In this document: positions 42,336 through 52,011 of the stretch, piece after piece
Position numbering within the stretch: position 1 is the first letter of the stretch
Layout: each line of letters starts with the position of its first letter
Source of the DNA: an archaeon
GTDB taxonomy: Archaea > SpSt-1190 > DYHY01
NCBI GenBank assembly: GCA_037442745.1
Contig: JBBIPP010000004.1
Coordinates: forward strand, 16,027-80,026
Direction of reading: 5' to 3'
DNA: 64,000 nt
Notes under the pieces: model-generated
Database searches by the model: none
Told to the model about the DNA's origin: nothing
The model's input: the letters and a program-made list of their open reading frames with translations, nothing else
Made by a program: the position numbers and the translations under genes

Positions 42336-45300
42336 ATGTGTTTGGAAACGGTGGCAGAAAGAAAACTCTCTTTCTTAGGGATTTCCTTATTTTTAGCCCT
42401 TAATCTGTCCTTGTTGTCGTTTTCCCTATTTTCCGGCTATTCCGCCTTTGAAATAACCCTCATTTATCCGGAAAATCTCTTCTGGACGAATCTTGACAAC
42501 TTCTCATTGAATTTCACTTTCAATGCTACTAGCGACATCGATTCCGGAGGAGTGTGCTCCCTATATCTCGGAGATGCGGTTGTCGGGACAGTCAATGCGA
42601 CGAACTCGACTCCCGCAAACATAACTTCAGTGGCAGCGTTTTCTCAGGGGAACAACACTTGGCTAATATCCTGCACGAACTCGACAACTGAGAACTCTTC
42701 TGTTTCGATTTTCAGGTATGATGGTGTTGCGCCTGCCGTCTCTTCTCTTTCTCCAGCAGTTTCATATTCCACAGCAGTCAATGAAACAAATTTTACTGGA
42801 CAGGCAACTGACGCATTTACAATCTTCTCGCTTTCATTGTGGGGCAATTTCACCGGAACTTGGGCCATGAATTCCTCCAACATCTCATATTTGAACGGAG
42901 CCAACTGGACAGTTTCCCCGGGCGCTCTGAGCGAAGGAGTCCATCTCTGGGCGTTTTTTGCGAACGATTCTGCAGGTAACGGGAATTTTTCAGAGAACAG
43001 GACGCTTGTTTTCGACTATACTCCCCCAACCAATTCCCCACTCTTCCCGGACAACCAGTCTTTCAAGAGTTCTGCCCTCCCCAATTTCTCATTTGCAGTC
43101 TCTGATGCGCTCTCCGGAGTCTCCTCATGCAGGGCGCTAATTGGGAACTCGACAGCTAACTATACCAATTCGACAATTTCTCCATCCCAAGGCTGGTGCA
43201 ACTTTACCAACTTTTCCCTCTCAGGCCTCCAAAGCGGGCAATACGCCCTTTTCTTCAAGGTCAACGATTCCGCCGGAAACGAGGCTTGGAACAGCACAAT
43301 TTCACTGAATGTCGACGACATTGCCCCCCAAATCTCCTATGTAATCCCGAACAACACAATTTTCCTCTCGAACGCATCATTTACAATTTCCTTCGGCGAA
43401 TCAGCGAACCTCTCCTGGATTGCGAATTCGACTGGAAACATCACCAACTCTACCGGTGAATCAATCTCAGTCAATTCCCACCTTCCCACAGGAAACTACC
43501 AATGGACTGTTTTCGCAAGGGACTCTGCCGGAAACAATAACAAGACAACATTCAATTTCACTGTGAACCGCACTAGGCCGTTCGTCAATTCAACCATTCC
43601 AGCTGACGGCTATTATACGAACGATTCCACAGTCAACTTCACTTTCAATGTGACTGAGGAAACAAACTCCTCAATGTATTGCGCAGTCCATCTCGACGGC
43701 GTCCTTAACGCGACAACCGCGAACTCCTCAGTCCTGAACAACACTCTTACAACAATATCAATTCCGGGAATTGCTTTCGGTTACCACACCTGGCGGGTTT
43801 CCTGCGCTAACTCTGAAAACACAACCTATTCGGAGACCAAGGATTTCGATGTGAGGAATGTCAACGCTTCATCTCTCGATTTTCCCTCATATGTCCCACG
43901 GAACAAGGTCGTTTACCTGAATGCGTCCGTCCTAGCTTTCAAGAATTCGGAGAACGTTACCCTCTCAGTCTCCCTTCCATCAGGATTTTCAATTCTTTCG
44001 AACATAACTGATGCCTCCAACTGGACAGGTTCAGCGTCAGTCTGGAACTCTGCCATTCCATCTGGAAGCTCCCTTTGGCTCAATCTGACAATCCTTGTTC
44101 GGAACAACGCGTCTCTTGGGAGCTCTTCAATAACAATAACTGCCAACTCTTCCGAAGGGCACGGAGTCTCAAAAAAGCTCTCTTTCTCAGTTCTCCAGCC
44201 ATCATCTAACCTGACTTTCTCTCCGGCCCAAATCAACCTGACTGCCGAAAAATCAGTCAACCTAACTCTTCCGAACAACGGAACTGGGAATATCACCTCA
44301 TTCAATCTGACATTCAATCCAGCTTATTTCAACATAACGAACGCCTACAACCTCTCCTCCGGGTGGTTCTGCAACCACGCTTCCTTCTATCTGAACTGTT
44401 CCGGAGGTGGGATTGTCCAAAATTCGTCCGCTCTCTTCAACCTCTACCTGAAAGCCGGGACATCTGATGGAAACTCCACCGGGACAGTCCATCTTTACGA
44501 CTCCCTCGGCGGGAATTCTACTGTGAACTTCTCCGCCCCGGAAATCCTGAAAATTGGGGTTGTTTCCTCCAATTCGACAAGGACCTTAACTAGGAACGAA
44601 ACAAACTCAAAGTCATTCACCCTGAATTTCACGAGCACGGGAATTCTTACGCCGAACACTTTCAACGGGACATTCTCGCCAGTCAATTTCACCTCGCTTA
44701 ACGTCACCGGATATGGGGGGAACCTGACTTGCTTCAATTCAACTTCAACATCCCACCCTTCCGCCCCGAACACTTCATTCTACTGCAACGGAACATCCGG
44801 CTATGTAACTTTCCGCTTGACAGCGAACTCCTCCGCTCTCGGGATAACTCAGGGGGCTTTTGTCTCATCAAACGAAACTACTTCAAGCTTCGCGCTCGAC
44901 CCGCTCAATTTCACAATCCAAAAGGCTCCGGAAGTGACAATCTTAATTGACGCGAGCCCGACATCAGTCTCAATCGGAGGTTCCACTGCCCTATTGGCGG
45001 AGATAATAAACTGCTACGGCTCGTCCTATTGCGCAAACATCGTGAACGCTGCCGCAACCTGGAGCGTTATTTCCTCGAGCGGGACATGCTCCAGCACATT
45101 CACAAATCCTTCCTACTACTTCAGTCTCGAATCAAGGACGCCCGAAAATACGACAGTTGAATACAACACAGGCCAGCAGACAAAGGCGGTCGCCTCGGTT
45201 GCGAGCACCTGCATTTACACAATGTCATTCACCGGCCTTGACGCGAACACGGGGGCGAACGTCACATCAGTTTCCGTCACCACAAAGACAGTCACTGCGG

Positions 45301-46274
45301 TGAATTCGACGACAACTACGACCGTTGCTCCGGAAAACCCCTCAATTCCTCCGGTCGTTTCAACCCCAACCCTTTCCCTCACACTCTCACCTACATCCCT
45401 TGCTGTGACAAAGGGTACTTCAAGGACAATAACCGCGACAGTCCGGCTTACCGGCCCTTCCCTTTCCACTGCGCTCTCCCTTTCGGCGAACGAGACTGGC
45501 ATATACGCAATATCAATCTCCCCTTCTTCGTTTTCAAGCATATCTAATGCAACTTCCCGGAGCTTTACAATAACTTTGACTGTTCCCTCCACAACAGCCA
45601 CGGGCTCAAGGGCTGTGAAATTCACCGCAACCTCCGGCTCTTACTCGGCGAACGCTGTCCTGACTGTCCTAGTTCTCGATAGTTCGACAGCTGGGAACCA
45701 GACTGTCAATGCAACGAACAGCTCAGTTTCCGATTCAACTGCGAACAATACAAATTCTTCAGGGGGCGGGTCATTGGTGGCGAACGTCACAGCGCCGAAT
45801 ACCACAAAGGAGCTTGAAAGCGCGCTTCTGAAATTGGGCCTTCTTTCAAAGGAGCTAGGCGCCTTCAGCCTAGAGGGCGAGAACACCACAATTGCGAGCG
45901 AGCTTGTCCTGAATGCGACTGAACTGCTGAAAAAGGCCTCGGACGCCCTCCTTCGGGGGAACATGTCAGAATACGAATGGTTCCTCTCTGCTGGAAAATC
46001 GGCGCTCTCCAAGGCAAGCGCGCAGGTATTCTCAATAAAGGTGAGGCGGGCGTGGCCAATACTCCTCTATTCATTGGGAGCAGTCCTCTTGATTGGCCTT
46101 GTATCTGCAGGAGCATATGCAATTCTCTCTGGAAAGCAGGCAATTCTTCCGAAAAGAGCGACAGTTGCCGGAACGAAAAAGGAGATTACCTCAGTTCTCG
46201 AAGAGTTTTCAAGCGAGATAAAAGAGCCCTTGGAAAAGAAGAAAAAGGCGAAAGATGAAGGGAGGTCTTTGTAA
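42336..46274 (+). CDS. Giant surface protein (S-layer/adhesin-like) with repeated beta-sandwich-type modules, very many N-x-S/T sequons, helical stalk, C-terminal TM anchor
   Basis: 1312-aa ORF. N-terminal signal anchor, recurring DSAGN...D..P module ends (ANDSAGNGNF, VNDSAGNEAW, ARDSAGNNNK), C-terminal WPILLYSLGAVLLIGLVSAGAYAIL plus a charged tail. Confidence 0.85.
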   Translation: MCLETVAERKLSFLGISLFLALNLSLLSFSLFSGYSAFEITLIYPENLFWTNLDNFSLNFTFNATSDIDSGGVCSLYLGDAVVGTVNATNSTPANITSVAAFSQGNNTWLISCTNSTTENSSVSIFRYDGVAPAVSSLSPAVSYSTAVNETNFTGQATDAFTIFSLSLWGNFTGTWAMNSSNISYLNGANWTVSPGALSEGVHLWAFFANDSAGNGNFSENRTLVFDYTPPTNSPLFPDNQSFKSSALPNFSFAVSDALSGVSSCRALIGNSTANYTNSTISPSQGWCNFTNFSLSGLQSGQYALFFKVNDSAGNEAWNSTISLNVDDIAPQISYVIPNNTIFLSNASFTISFGESANLSWIANSTGNITNSTGESISVNSHLPTGNYQWTVFARDSAGNNNKTTFNFTVNRTRPFVNSTIPADGYYTNDSTVNFTFNVTEETNSSMYCAVHLDGVLNATTANSSVLNNTLTTISIPGIAFGYHTWRVSCANSENTTYSETKDFDVRNVNASSLDFPSYVPRNKVVYLNASVLAFKNSENVTLSVSLPSGFSILSNITDASNWTGSASVWNSAIPSGSSLWLNLTILVRNNASLGSSSITITANSSEGHGVSKKLSFSVLQPSSNLTFSPAQINLTAEKSVNLTLPNNGTGNITSFNLTFNPAYFNITNAYNLSSGWFCNHASFYLNCSGGGIVQNSSALFNLYLKAGTSDGNSTGTVHLYDSLGGNSTVNFSAPEILKIGVVSSNSTRTLTRNETNSKSFTLNFTSTGILTPNTFNGTFSPVNFTSLNVTGYGGNLTCFNSTSTSHPSAPNTSFYCNGTSGYVTFRLTANSSALGITQGAFVSSNETTSSFALDPLNFTIQKAPEVTILIDASPTSVSIGGSTALLAEIINCYGSSYCANIVNAAATWSVISSSGTCSSTFTNPSYYFSLESRTPENTTVEYNTGQQTKAVASVASTCIYTMSFTGLDANTGANVTSVSVTTKTVTAVNSTTTTTVAPENPSIPPVVSTPTLSLTLSPTSLAVTKGTSRTITATVRLTGPSLSTALSLSANETGIYAISISPSSFSSISNATSRSFTITLTVPSTTATGSRAVKFTATSGSYSANAVLTVLVLDSSTAGNQTVNATNSSVSDSTANNTNSSGGGSLVANVTAPNTTKELESALLKLGLLSKELGAFSLEGENTTIASELVLNATELLKKASDALLRGNMSEYEWFLSAGKSALSKASAQVFSIKVRRAWPILLYSLGAVLLIGLVSAGAYAILSGKQAILPKRATVAGTKKEITSVLEEFSSEIKEPLEKKKKAKDEGRSL

Positions 46275-46276
46275 AA

Positions 46277-47326
46277 ATGGATTCTATTGAGAAAAAAGCC
46301 CCGCACACATTCTCAATTATATCTGGAAAGGGCGGGGTCGGAAAGACGACAGTCACATCCAACCTTGGAATTCTTCTGGCCTCGGAGTTCGGAAAAAAGG
46401 TTCTTGTTATTGACGGAAACATCAGCACAGCGAACCTCGGGATACATCTGGGCTTCATAAAGTGCCCTGTCTCATTCCAGGACGTCATTGACAAGACAAT
46501 AAAGACTTACCAGGCGGTTTATGTCCACAAATCAGGGCTTAACATAATTCCGGCCTCCCTTTCAATGGAGCACGAGCAGCACGACTATCCGGCGAACCTT
46601 CTTTCAAAAAGGATACAAAAGATTGTCTCAGACGTCAAATTGCACTATGACATTGTCCTGATTGACGGAGCAGCGGGGATTAGCGGAGAGGCAAAAGCCG
46701 CGATTTCCGCGAGCGAATCAGTACTGGCAATAACTGTTCCGGAAATTCCGACAGTCACCGCCACAATAAAGGTTGTCGAGACTGCAAAAGAGCTAAAAGT
46801 CCCTGTTTTCGGGATTGTAATGAACCGCGTCAGGGGGGGAAAAATCGAGGTTTCAAAAGACGAGATAGAGCGCCTCTGCAAAGCAAAGGTAATATGCATT
46901 GTCCCGGAGGATGAGGCTGTCCGGGAGAGCACGTCCCATAGGGAGCCTGTCTCGGTCATACGGCCAAACTCGGCGTCAGTCAAGGAGCTCAGGAAGCTTG
47001 CGGGGAAAATTGTTCTGGCATCCGAAGGAAAATCAGAGGATTGTCCGGCGCCAAAGCCGAAAGGAAAATTGTTATTCGGGATTTTCGGGAAAAAGAGGGT
47101 GGCTCCGGAAAATTTGCTTCTCTCACAGGGAAACGATAAAAAGGCGCAATGGGCTCTAGCTCCCTCTCAAGGAAGCCAAAAGGAGGGCAGGGAGTCAGAG
47201 GGGGATCAGATAGAGTCAGGGCATAGCAGGCCCGCGAAATCGGACCCTAGGAAAGACAAGGAAAATCCGGGGAAAATTGATGGAAAGAAAGGATGGTGGT
47301 TTTGGTTTTTTGGGCGGAAGAAATGA
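46277..47326 (+). CDS. minD: MinD/ParA-family P-loop ATPase with long disordered C-terminal extension ending in an aromatic-basic tail
   Basis: 349-aa ORF. Deviant Walker A SGKGGVGKTT, LIDGAAG Walker B region, C-terminus KKGWWFWFFGRKK. Starts 2 nt after the upstream stop. Confidence 0.85.
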   Translation: MDSIEKKAPHTFSIISGKGGVGKTTVTSNLGILLASEFGKKVLVIDGNISTANLGIHLGFIKCPVSFQDVIDKTIKTYQAVYVHKSGLNIIPASLSMEHEQHDYPANLLSKRIQKIVSDVKLHYDIVLIDGAAGISGEAKAAISASESVLAITVPEIPTVTATIKVVETAKELKVPVFGIVMNRVRGGKIEVSKDEIERLCKAKVICIVPEDEAVRESTSHREPVSVIRPNSASVKELRKLAGKIVLASEGKSEDCPAPKPKGKLLFGIFGKKRVAPENLLLSQGNDKKAQWALAPSQGSQKEGRESEGDQIESGHSRPAKSDPRKDKENPGKIDGKKGWWFWFFGRKK

Positions 47327-50300
47327 GCTCCCTTTTCTTTCGGTAATTTTTGCACTTATTCTGGTGATTTCCCCGGCAGTTTCTCTCGGGGAAATATACA
47401 ATTCAACCCTTGAATTCTTCTATCCCAACGGGACTTCTGTCCAAAACCCGAACGGCGGGCAGAGCGTTGTCCCGATTCTTGTCCTCTATGTGAAGAATGC
47501 GGACGCTCCGGCTCCGGCATTCAATCTCACTGGAATAGAGGTTTTCGTGACAAACTCCTCCTTGGCAATCCCCCAGTGCTACAACTGGAATTTGTGGGGC
47601 CTTGACCAGACCGAGCCCCAGAGGCCAAACAACACTTATTCCCACGGAAACGGGTATTCAGTTTCAATCGGAGGCCCTTTAACACCCGAAGGCTGGCTTG
47701 TTTCGACGAACGCTTCGATTTCATGCAACCTTACGTATCTCAATCTCATCAACCAGTCGAATCCCCTGAACCTGACAAATGTCTCCAAATGGAACTTTAC
47801 AAAAGGCTATCCTCTGTCAAACGTCTCGTCTTGGAACGTTTCAGGCAACAACACATATTCTCCAGCGTTCGTTGTCCGTTTCGGAGGAATTTTTGGCAAC
47901 ACAATCCTTCTTCCTTATGAGAACACTGTTACGCTGGTCTCCCGGGGATTGTTCTCCAACGGAACGCACACCGAATATACTGGCAACGTCACGAGATCTT
48001 TCAGGGTTCTTTTCCCTAATCCCTCTTCCCGGTTTTCGGCGCTCCCAAACGCGTCAGTTGAAATTGGCTCGTCAGTTGAGCTCTTCTCAATTAACACAAC
48101 CGATTCTTCAGGAGTTCCATTCAACTCGTCAAGAATAGTCTTCAACGTTACGAACTCTTCCGCATTTTCCTCCGTTTATGTTCTCAATTCATCAAGTGGG
48201 TTTGTTTCAGCGAACTCCTCCTTTTCCGAAGGCGCCATCTCCCTTTCCCTTGGAAACTTCACAGGTCCCGGGAACTTTTCCGTAATTGGGAACTTGTCTT
48301 CGACCGCGCAGATATCCTCGTTCTCACTGGCGTTCTCCCCCAGAGGGGGCCTCGAATATCTAGCACCTGTGAATCTTGACCCAGTAAATTACACTTATCT
48401 CCCCTCTCCGCTCGCATGGAACTTTACTGATGCGAATTCCTCTTCCCTCGACCGCACAGTCCAGATTTCTGGATATTCAGTTAATTTCTCCTATTCAATC
48501 CCAAACTTTTCAAGGGCCCAGACAAAGCAGTTCAACCTGACAATTGTCCCTCTTTCCGGAACTCCGAAATACCACCTTATTTCGCCGGTTTCTGGATTCA
48601 CAATTGCCGGAGCCTCCGTCGCATCAGGGAACGGGAGTTGCTTTAGGAATTCGACAACGCTCGCCACCTGTTTTTCAAACAACCCAGGCAACCTGACAAT
48701 TTCAATAAACGCGACGGCCTCCGCAGTTTCCGGGAAAAGCAACTGGTCAATCCAGTCATTCAGCGAATTCGGAGCCAGCTATGCGAATTCTTCGGCCTTT
48801 GAAACCGAGTCACAGGGCCCGGCAATTCTAAACGTCACCTTAATGACCCCCCTTCCGCCGAACTTGACATTGGGCCAAACCGGTGTATCTGTGACTTTCC
48901 TGGTAAATAACACCGGGGAAGCAAGGGCACTGTCAGTCCAGCCGAATGTCTCAATTGCGCATTCCAACTCGAGCCTCCCTCCAATTGCCCCTCCCGCTCT
49001 TTCCCCCCTTTCAATTGACCCCAATTCCTCAGTCACTTTCAAGGTTTCCTTCTCAATACCCGCAAACTACTCTCCCGGAAATCTCTCGGTTTTCCTCAAT
49101 GCGACCGGCCACGACGCAAACCTGCTCTCAATTGTCTCCTCCACGGCAAATTCTTCGAACGCAACGGTTCTCAGGCCGGCAACGGCAATTGTCTCAAAGG
49201 CAGAGCTTTCTGTGACGCAAGGATACCTTTCAAGGAACTATACAATATCAGCGTCAATCCTAAACCTTGGGGAGAGTCGCCTGAAGGAAATCGGATATTC
49301 GATTTCCCCGAAATCCCTTGGAATATCGACAGTCTCTCCCAAGTCTTCCCTTCCGGAGGCGGAAATTGGGGGATTTTCTAACTTTTCAATCCCTATTGAA
49401 ATATCGAGCTCGGCTCAAAATGGAAATTTCTCGTTCAACCTGACAATAACTGGGAAGGACTCTTCCTCCCTCGCGACAATATCAAATTGGACGACAATAA
49501 ATGTCTCAATAGAAAATCCCCTGAAAATGTCCCTTGTTCCGGAGAACCTTACATATTACGATGTAGAGGCAGGAAAGGAGTTGAACCTCTCAGTTCTCCT
49601 CTCTTCAATTGACGGAGTGGAAATATCTGGAGTTTCCCTCTTGTTTGGCAACTCTACCGCCTTTAGCATATCTCCCATTTCCGCAATAAACGTCTCCGGA
49701 GAGGTTTCGACCATCAACTTTTCGCTTTCCCCCCTCGAGAACGCGACAACTGAGAACAAGACGCGCATCGTCTCAATACAGGCAGTCTCCTCAGGAGGGC
49801 TCAGGTCAGACGCAGTATTGCTCACGCTTTACACAATCCCAAAAATAATCTGTGGCGGAAAAAACGAGGCCTGTTGCGTTGCCAGAGCGTTGGTTTCGGA
49901 ATGCAAAGAAGGCAACCTGTGCTGTTCGGGGACCTGCCGTCTGGCGTCCGAAGGAAAATGCTGCTCAGCAATCTGGAAGCCCTCCTTCCTCTGCTGTGCG
50001 GATGCTGATTGCGGGGAGAATGAGATATGTGCTCTCAACAACGGAACCTGCATAACAAAGCCTTTCGGGGAGCATGAGGCAAACAAACTCCTATCAAGTC
50101 TTTCTGTCAAGCTAAACGATCTTGAAAAAAGAATAGCTGACTCCAAGAAAGGGGGATTTAACACGGAAAATCCCGAAACAATACTCCAGGCAATTGACCT
50201 GAAAATGAGGCAGGCAAGGAACCTGATAACTGAGAAGAAGTATCTGGACGCGAAAAAATTGATTGAGAATACCGAAACTCTCCTAAAGGATGCGGAAACC

Positions 50301-50828
50301 GCTCTCGCATCAGCCCCGAAAAAGCCTTCCGGGCTGGCATTTGCCCTCCTTTTCCTCTTAATTCTGGTAATTGGTGCCGGAGGGGCAGGATTCTACTACA
50401 TGCAGAAAGACAGGGCCGGATTTTCACTGAAAATGAAAATAATGGAAAATGGGATGTCTAAGATTTTCAAGGAAGGGCTGAAAGAGTCCGGAAAATCGTC
50501 CGCCCCCATTTCAAAGCAGGCGCCCCAGCCAGCATCCCAAAACAAACCAGTCCAACAAATTCAGCAGCAACAGCCCCAGATGTTCCAAAAGTTTCCGGTT
50601 TCGCCCCAGCAGCAGGTTGCACAGCTCTATTCTCTATCTCCAGGACCATATTACTCACAGAACCGCTCGTTTTTCTCGCCAGCCCCCGCCCAATATTCCC
50701 AGCAAAGAGGGGTGTATTTTCCCCAAGCCTCTCCCCGGCTCTCCCCTCAGAAGGGAGCTGGATTCTCGGGAGGTGTGTCAGGAGGATTCTCTCTCCCGGC
50801 GTCAATTCAGCAGAAAAAGAAATTCTGA
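47277..50828 (+). CDS. Giant surface protein 2: signal anchor, sequon-rich ectodomain, Cys-rich module, helical stalk, TM anchor, Q/P/Y-rich cytoplasmic tail
   Basis: 1183-aa ORF overlapping minD by 50 nt. LSVIFALILVISPAVSLGE signal, Cys-rich segment 49851-50051, TM GLAFALLFLLILVIGAGGAGFYYM, tail rich in Q/P. Confidence 0.85.
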   Translation: MMERKDGGFGFLGGRNELPFLSVIFALILVISPAVSLGEIYNSTLEFFYPNGTSVQNPNGGQSVVPILVLYVKNADAPAPAFNLTGIEVFVTNSSLAIPQCYNWNLWGLDQTEPQRPNNTYSHGNGYSVSIGGPLTPEGWLVSTNASISCNLTYLNLINQSNPLNLTNVSKWNFTKGYPLSNVSSWNVSGNNTYSPAFVVRFGGIFGNTILLPYENTVTLVSRGLFSNGTHTEYTGNVTRSFRVLFPNPSSRFSALPNASVEIGSSVELFSINTTDSSGVPFNSSRIVFNVTNSSAFSSVYVLNSSSGFVSANSSFSEGAISLSLGNFTGPGNFSVIGNLSSTAQISSFSLAFSPRGGLEYLAPVNLDPVNYTYLPSPLAWNFTDANSSSLDRTVQISGYSVNFSYSIPNFSRAQTKQFNLTIVPLSGTPKYHLISPVSGFTIAGASVASGNGSCFRNSTTLATCFSNNPGNLTISINATASAVSGKSNWSIQSFSEFGASYANSSAFETESQGPAILNVTLMTPLPPNLTLGQTGVSVTFLVNNTGEARALSVQPNVSIAHSNSSLPPIAPPALSPLSIDPNSSVTFKVSFSIPANYSPGNLSVFLNATGHDANLLSIVSSTANSSNATVLRPATAIVSKAELSVTQGYLSRNYTISASILNLGESRLKEIGYSISPKSLGISTVSPKSSLPEAEIGGFSNFSIPIEISSSAQNGNFSFNLTITGKDSSSLATISNWTTINVSIENPLKMSLVPENLTYYDVEAGKELNLSVLLSSIDGVEISGVSLLFGNSTAFSISPISAINVSGEVSTINFSLSPLENATTENKTRIVSIQAVSSGGLRSDAVLLTLYTIPKIICGGKNEACCVARALVSECKEGNLCCSGTCRLASEGKCCSAIWKPSFLCCADADCGENEICALNNGTCITKPFGEHEANKLLSSLSVKLNDLEKRIADSKKGGFNTENPETILQAIDLKMRQARNLITEKKYLDAKKLIENTETLLKDAETALASAPKKPSGLAFALLFLLILVIGAGGAGFYYMQKDRAGFSLKMKIMENGMSKIFKEGLKESGKSSAPISKQAPQPASQNKPVQQIQQQQPQMFQKFPVSPQQQVAQLYSLSPGPYYSQNRSFFSPAPAQYSQQRGVYFPQASPRLSPQKGAGFSGGVSGGFSLPASIQQKKKF

Positions 50829-50831
50829 TTT

Positions 50832-51986
50832 CTACGCCCGCGTATTTTGCATTGCCGTTTTCGAAAGGGATGCCAATGTCGGAACCTCCCCTTGGGCATC
50901 CTGCTTCTGGGGAGTTGCGGAAGATATTATTCTTTCGACAAAATCGGCGGAGAGCTTTCCCTTGACAGCGTTCTGAAGGGGGGTCTTTTCAACTGATTTT
51001 TTCCCCTTGCCAGATAGCGTCCTCAGATAATATGAGACGAACATTCCGAAATATAGCCCGGCGAAAATCCTGGCCACCCTGCTTTTGGTGTCTGGAAGGG
51101 TTATTTTCACGAACTTGTTCGCATATTTTTTGAGAACCTTTTCCGAGATTGCTAGACCGGCCTTTTCGCGCTCGTTCTCGTCCTTTGGGCTACGAAGAAT
51201 TACCGCCACGGCCTTCGGCCTGTCCTCCCAGATCGAGAAATCGTGGTGGTTTCCTTCCGGAAGTATCTCCCACTTGACGAACACTTTTGAGTTCTCGGCG
51301 AAATTGTCCTTGAAGACCTCCCCCAATCCCGAGATTTCAGACGGAACATACACAGCAAGGGGGAGGCCTTTCAGGTCGCCCGCAATTTTCATTGCTGGGT
51401 TCTTCTTCTTCGGGACTTGGGCAGAACAGCTTTCCCGTATCTTCCTGCACGCTTCCACCGTTTCCAATATCTCCTCATGCGTAATCTGCAGTATTCCAAG
51501 TTTCCTCAAGATTCCTGCAGGGGTAAGAGTTACGAACGCTGTGCCGATTCTTGTAGGCTGGAATTTCTCCGGAAAGTCGACATGCGGTATCTGGAGGCGG
51601 GAGCACAGTTCCTTTAATTTCGCCGGTATTCCCATGGCAATTATGCTACAGCCTTTCTTGTGCGCGAGGGCTGTTGCTGATATTGTCTCTTCCGTCTTTC
51701 CGGAGAAGCTGACAGCAAGGCAGAGCGTCTCAGCCCCGTAATAGGGGGGTATTTCGTATGAATTGTTCGCCCGTATGTCAAGATAAGGCGCAATATTTTG
51801 GAGGAGCCCCGCCCCATATCCGCTCCCTCCCATCCCAAGTATTGCAATTCTCGTGTATTTCTTGTAATAGCGAAGTGGCAATGTCGGTTTTTCCCCCAGA
51901 GAGAACGCCTCGGAAACGCTTTCCGGAAACATGAGGATTTTGCCGTAAATCTTTCCGTTAACCCCTTGATTGATTCCCTTTTTCAT
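50832..51986 (-). CDS. Bifunctional phosphoglucose/phosphomannose isomerase (SIS-domain, archaeal PGI/PMI type) with C-terminal extension
   Basis: 384-aa ORF. IAILGMGGSGYGAGLL and SFSGKTEETI SIS motifs. Confidence 0.75.
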   Translation of the reverse strand: MKKGINQGVNGKIYGKILMFPESVSEAFSLGEKPTLPLRYYKKYTRIAILGMGGSGYGAGLLQNIAPYLDIRANNSYEIPPYYGAETLCLAVSFSGKTEETISATALAHKKGCSIIAMGIPAKLKELCSRLQIPHVDFPEKFQPTRIGTAFVTLTPAGILRKLGILQITHEEILETVEACRKIRESCSAQVPKKKNPAMKIAGDLKGLPLAVYVPSEISGLGEVFKDNFAENSKVFVKWEILPEGNHHDFSIWEDRPKAVAVILRSPKDENEREKAGLAISEKVLKKYANKFVKITLPDTKSRVARIFAGLYFGMFVSYYLRTLSGKGKKSVEKTPLQNAVKGKLSADFVERIISSATPQKQDAQGEVPTLASLSKTAMQNTRA

Positions 51987-52011
51987 ATTTTTTCATTCCC
52001 CTCTAAGAGCC

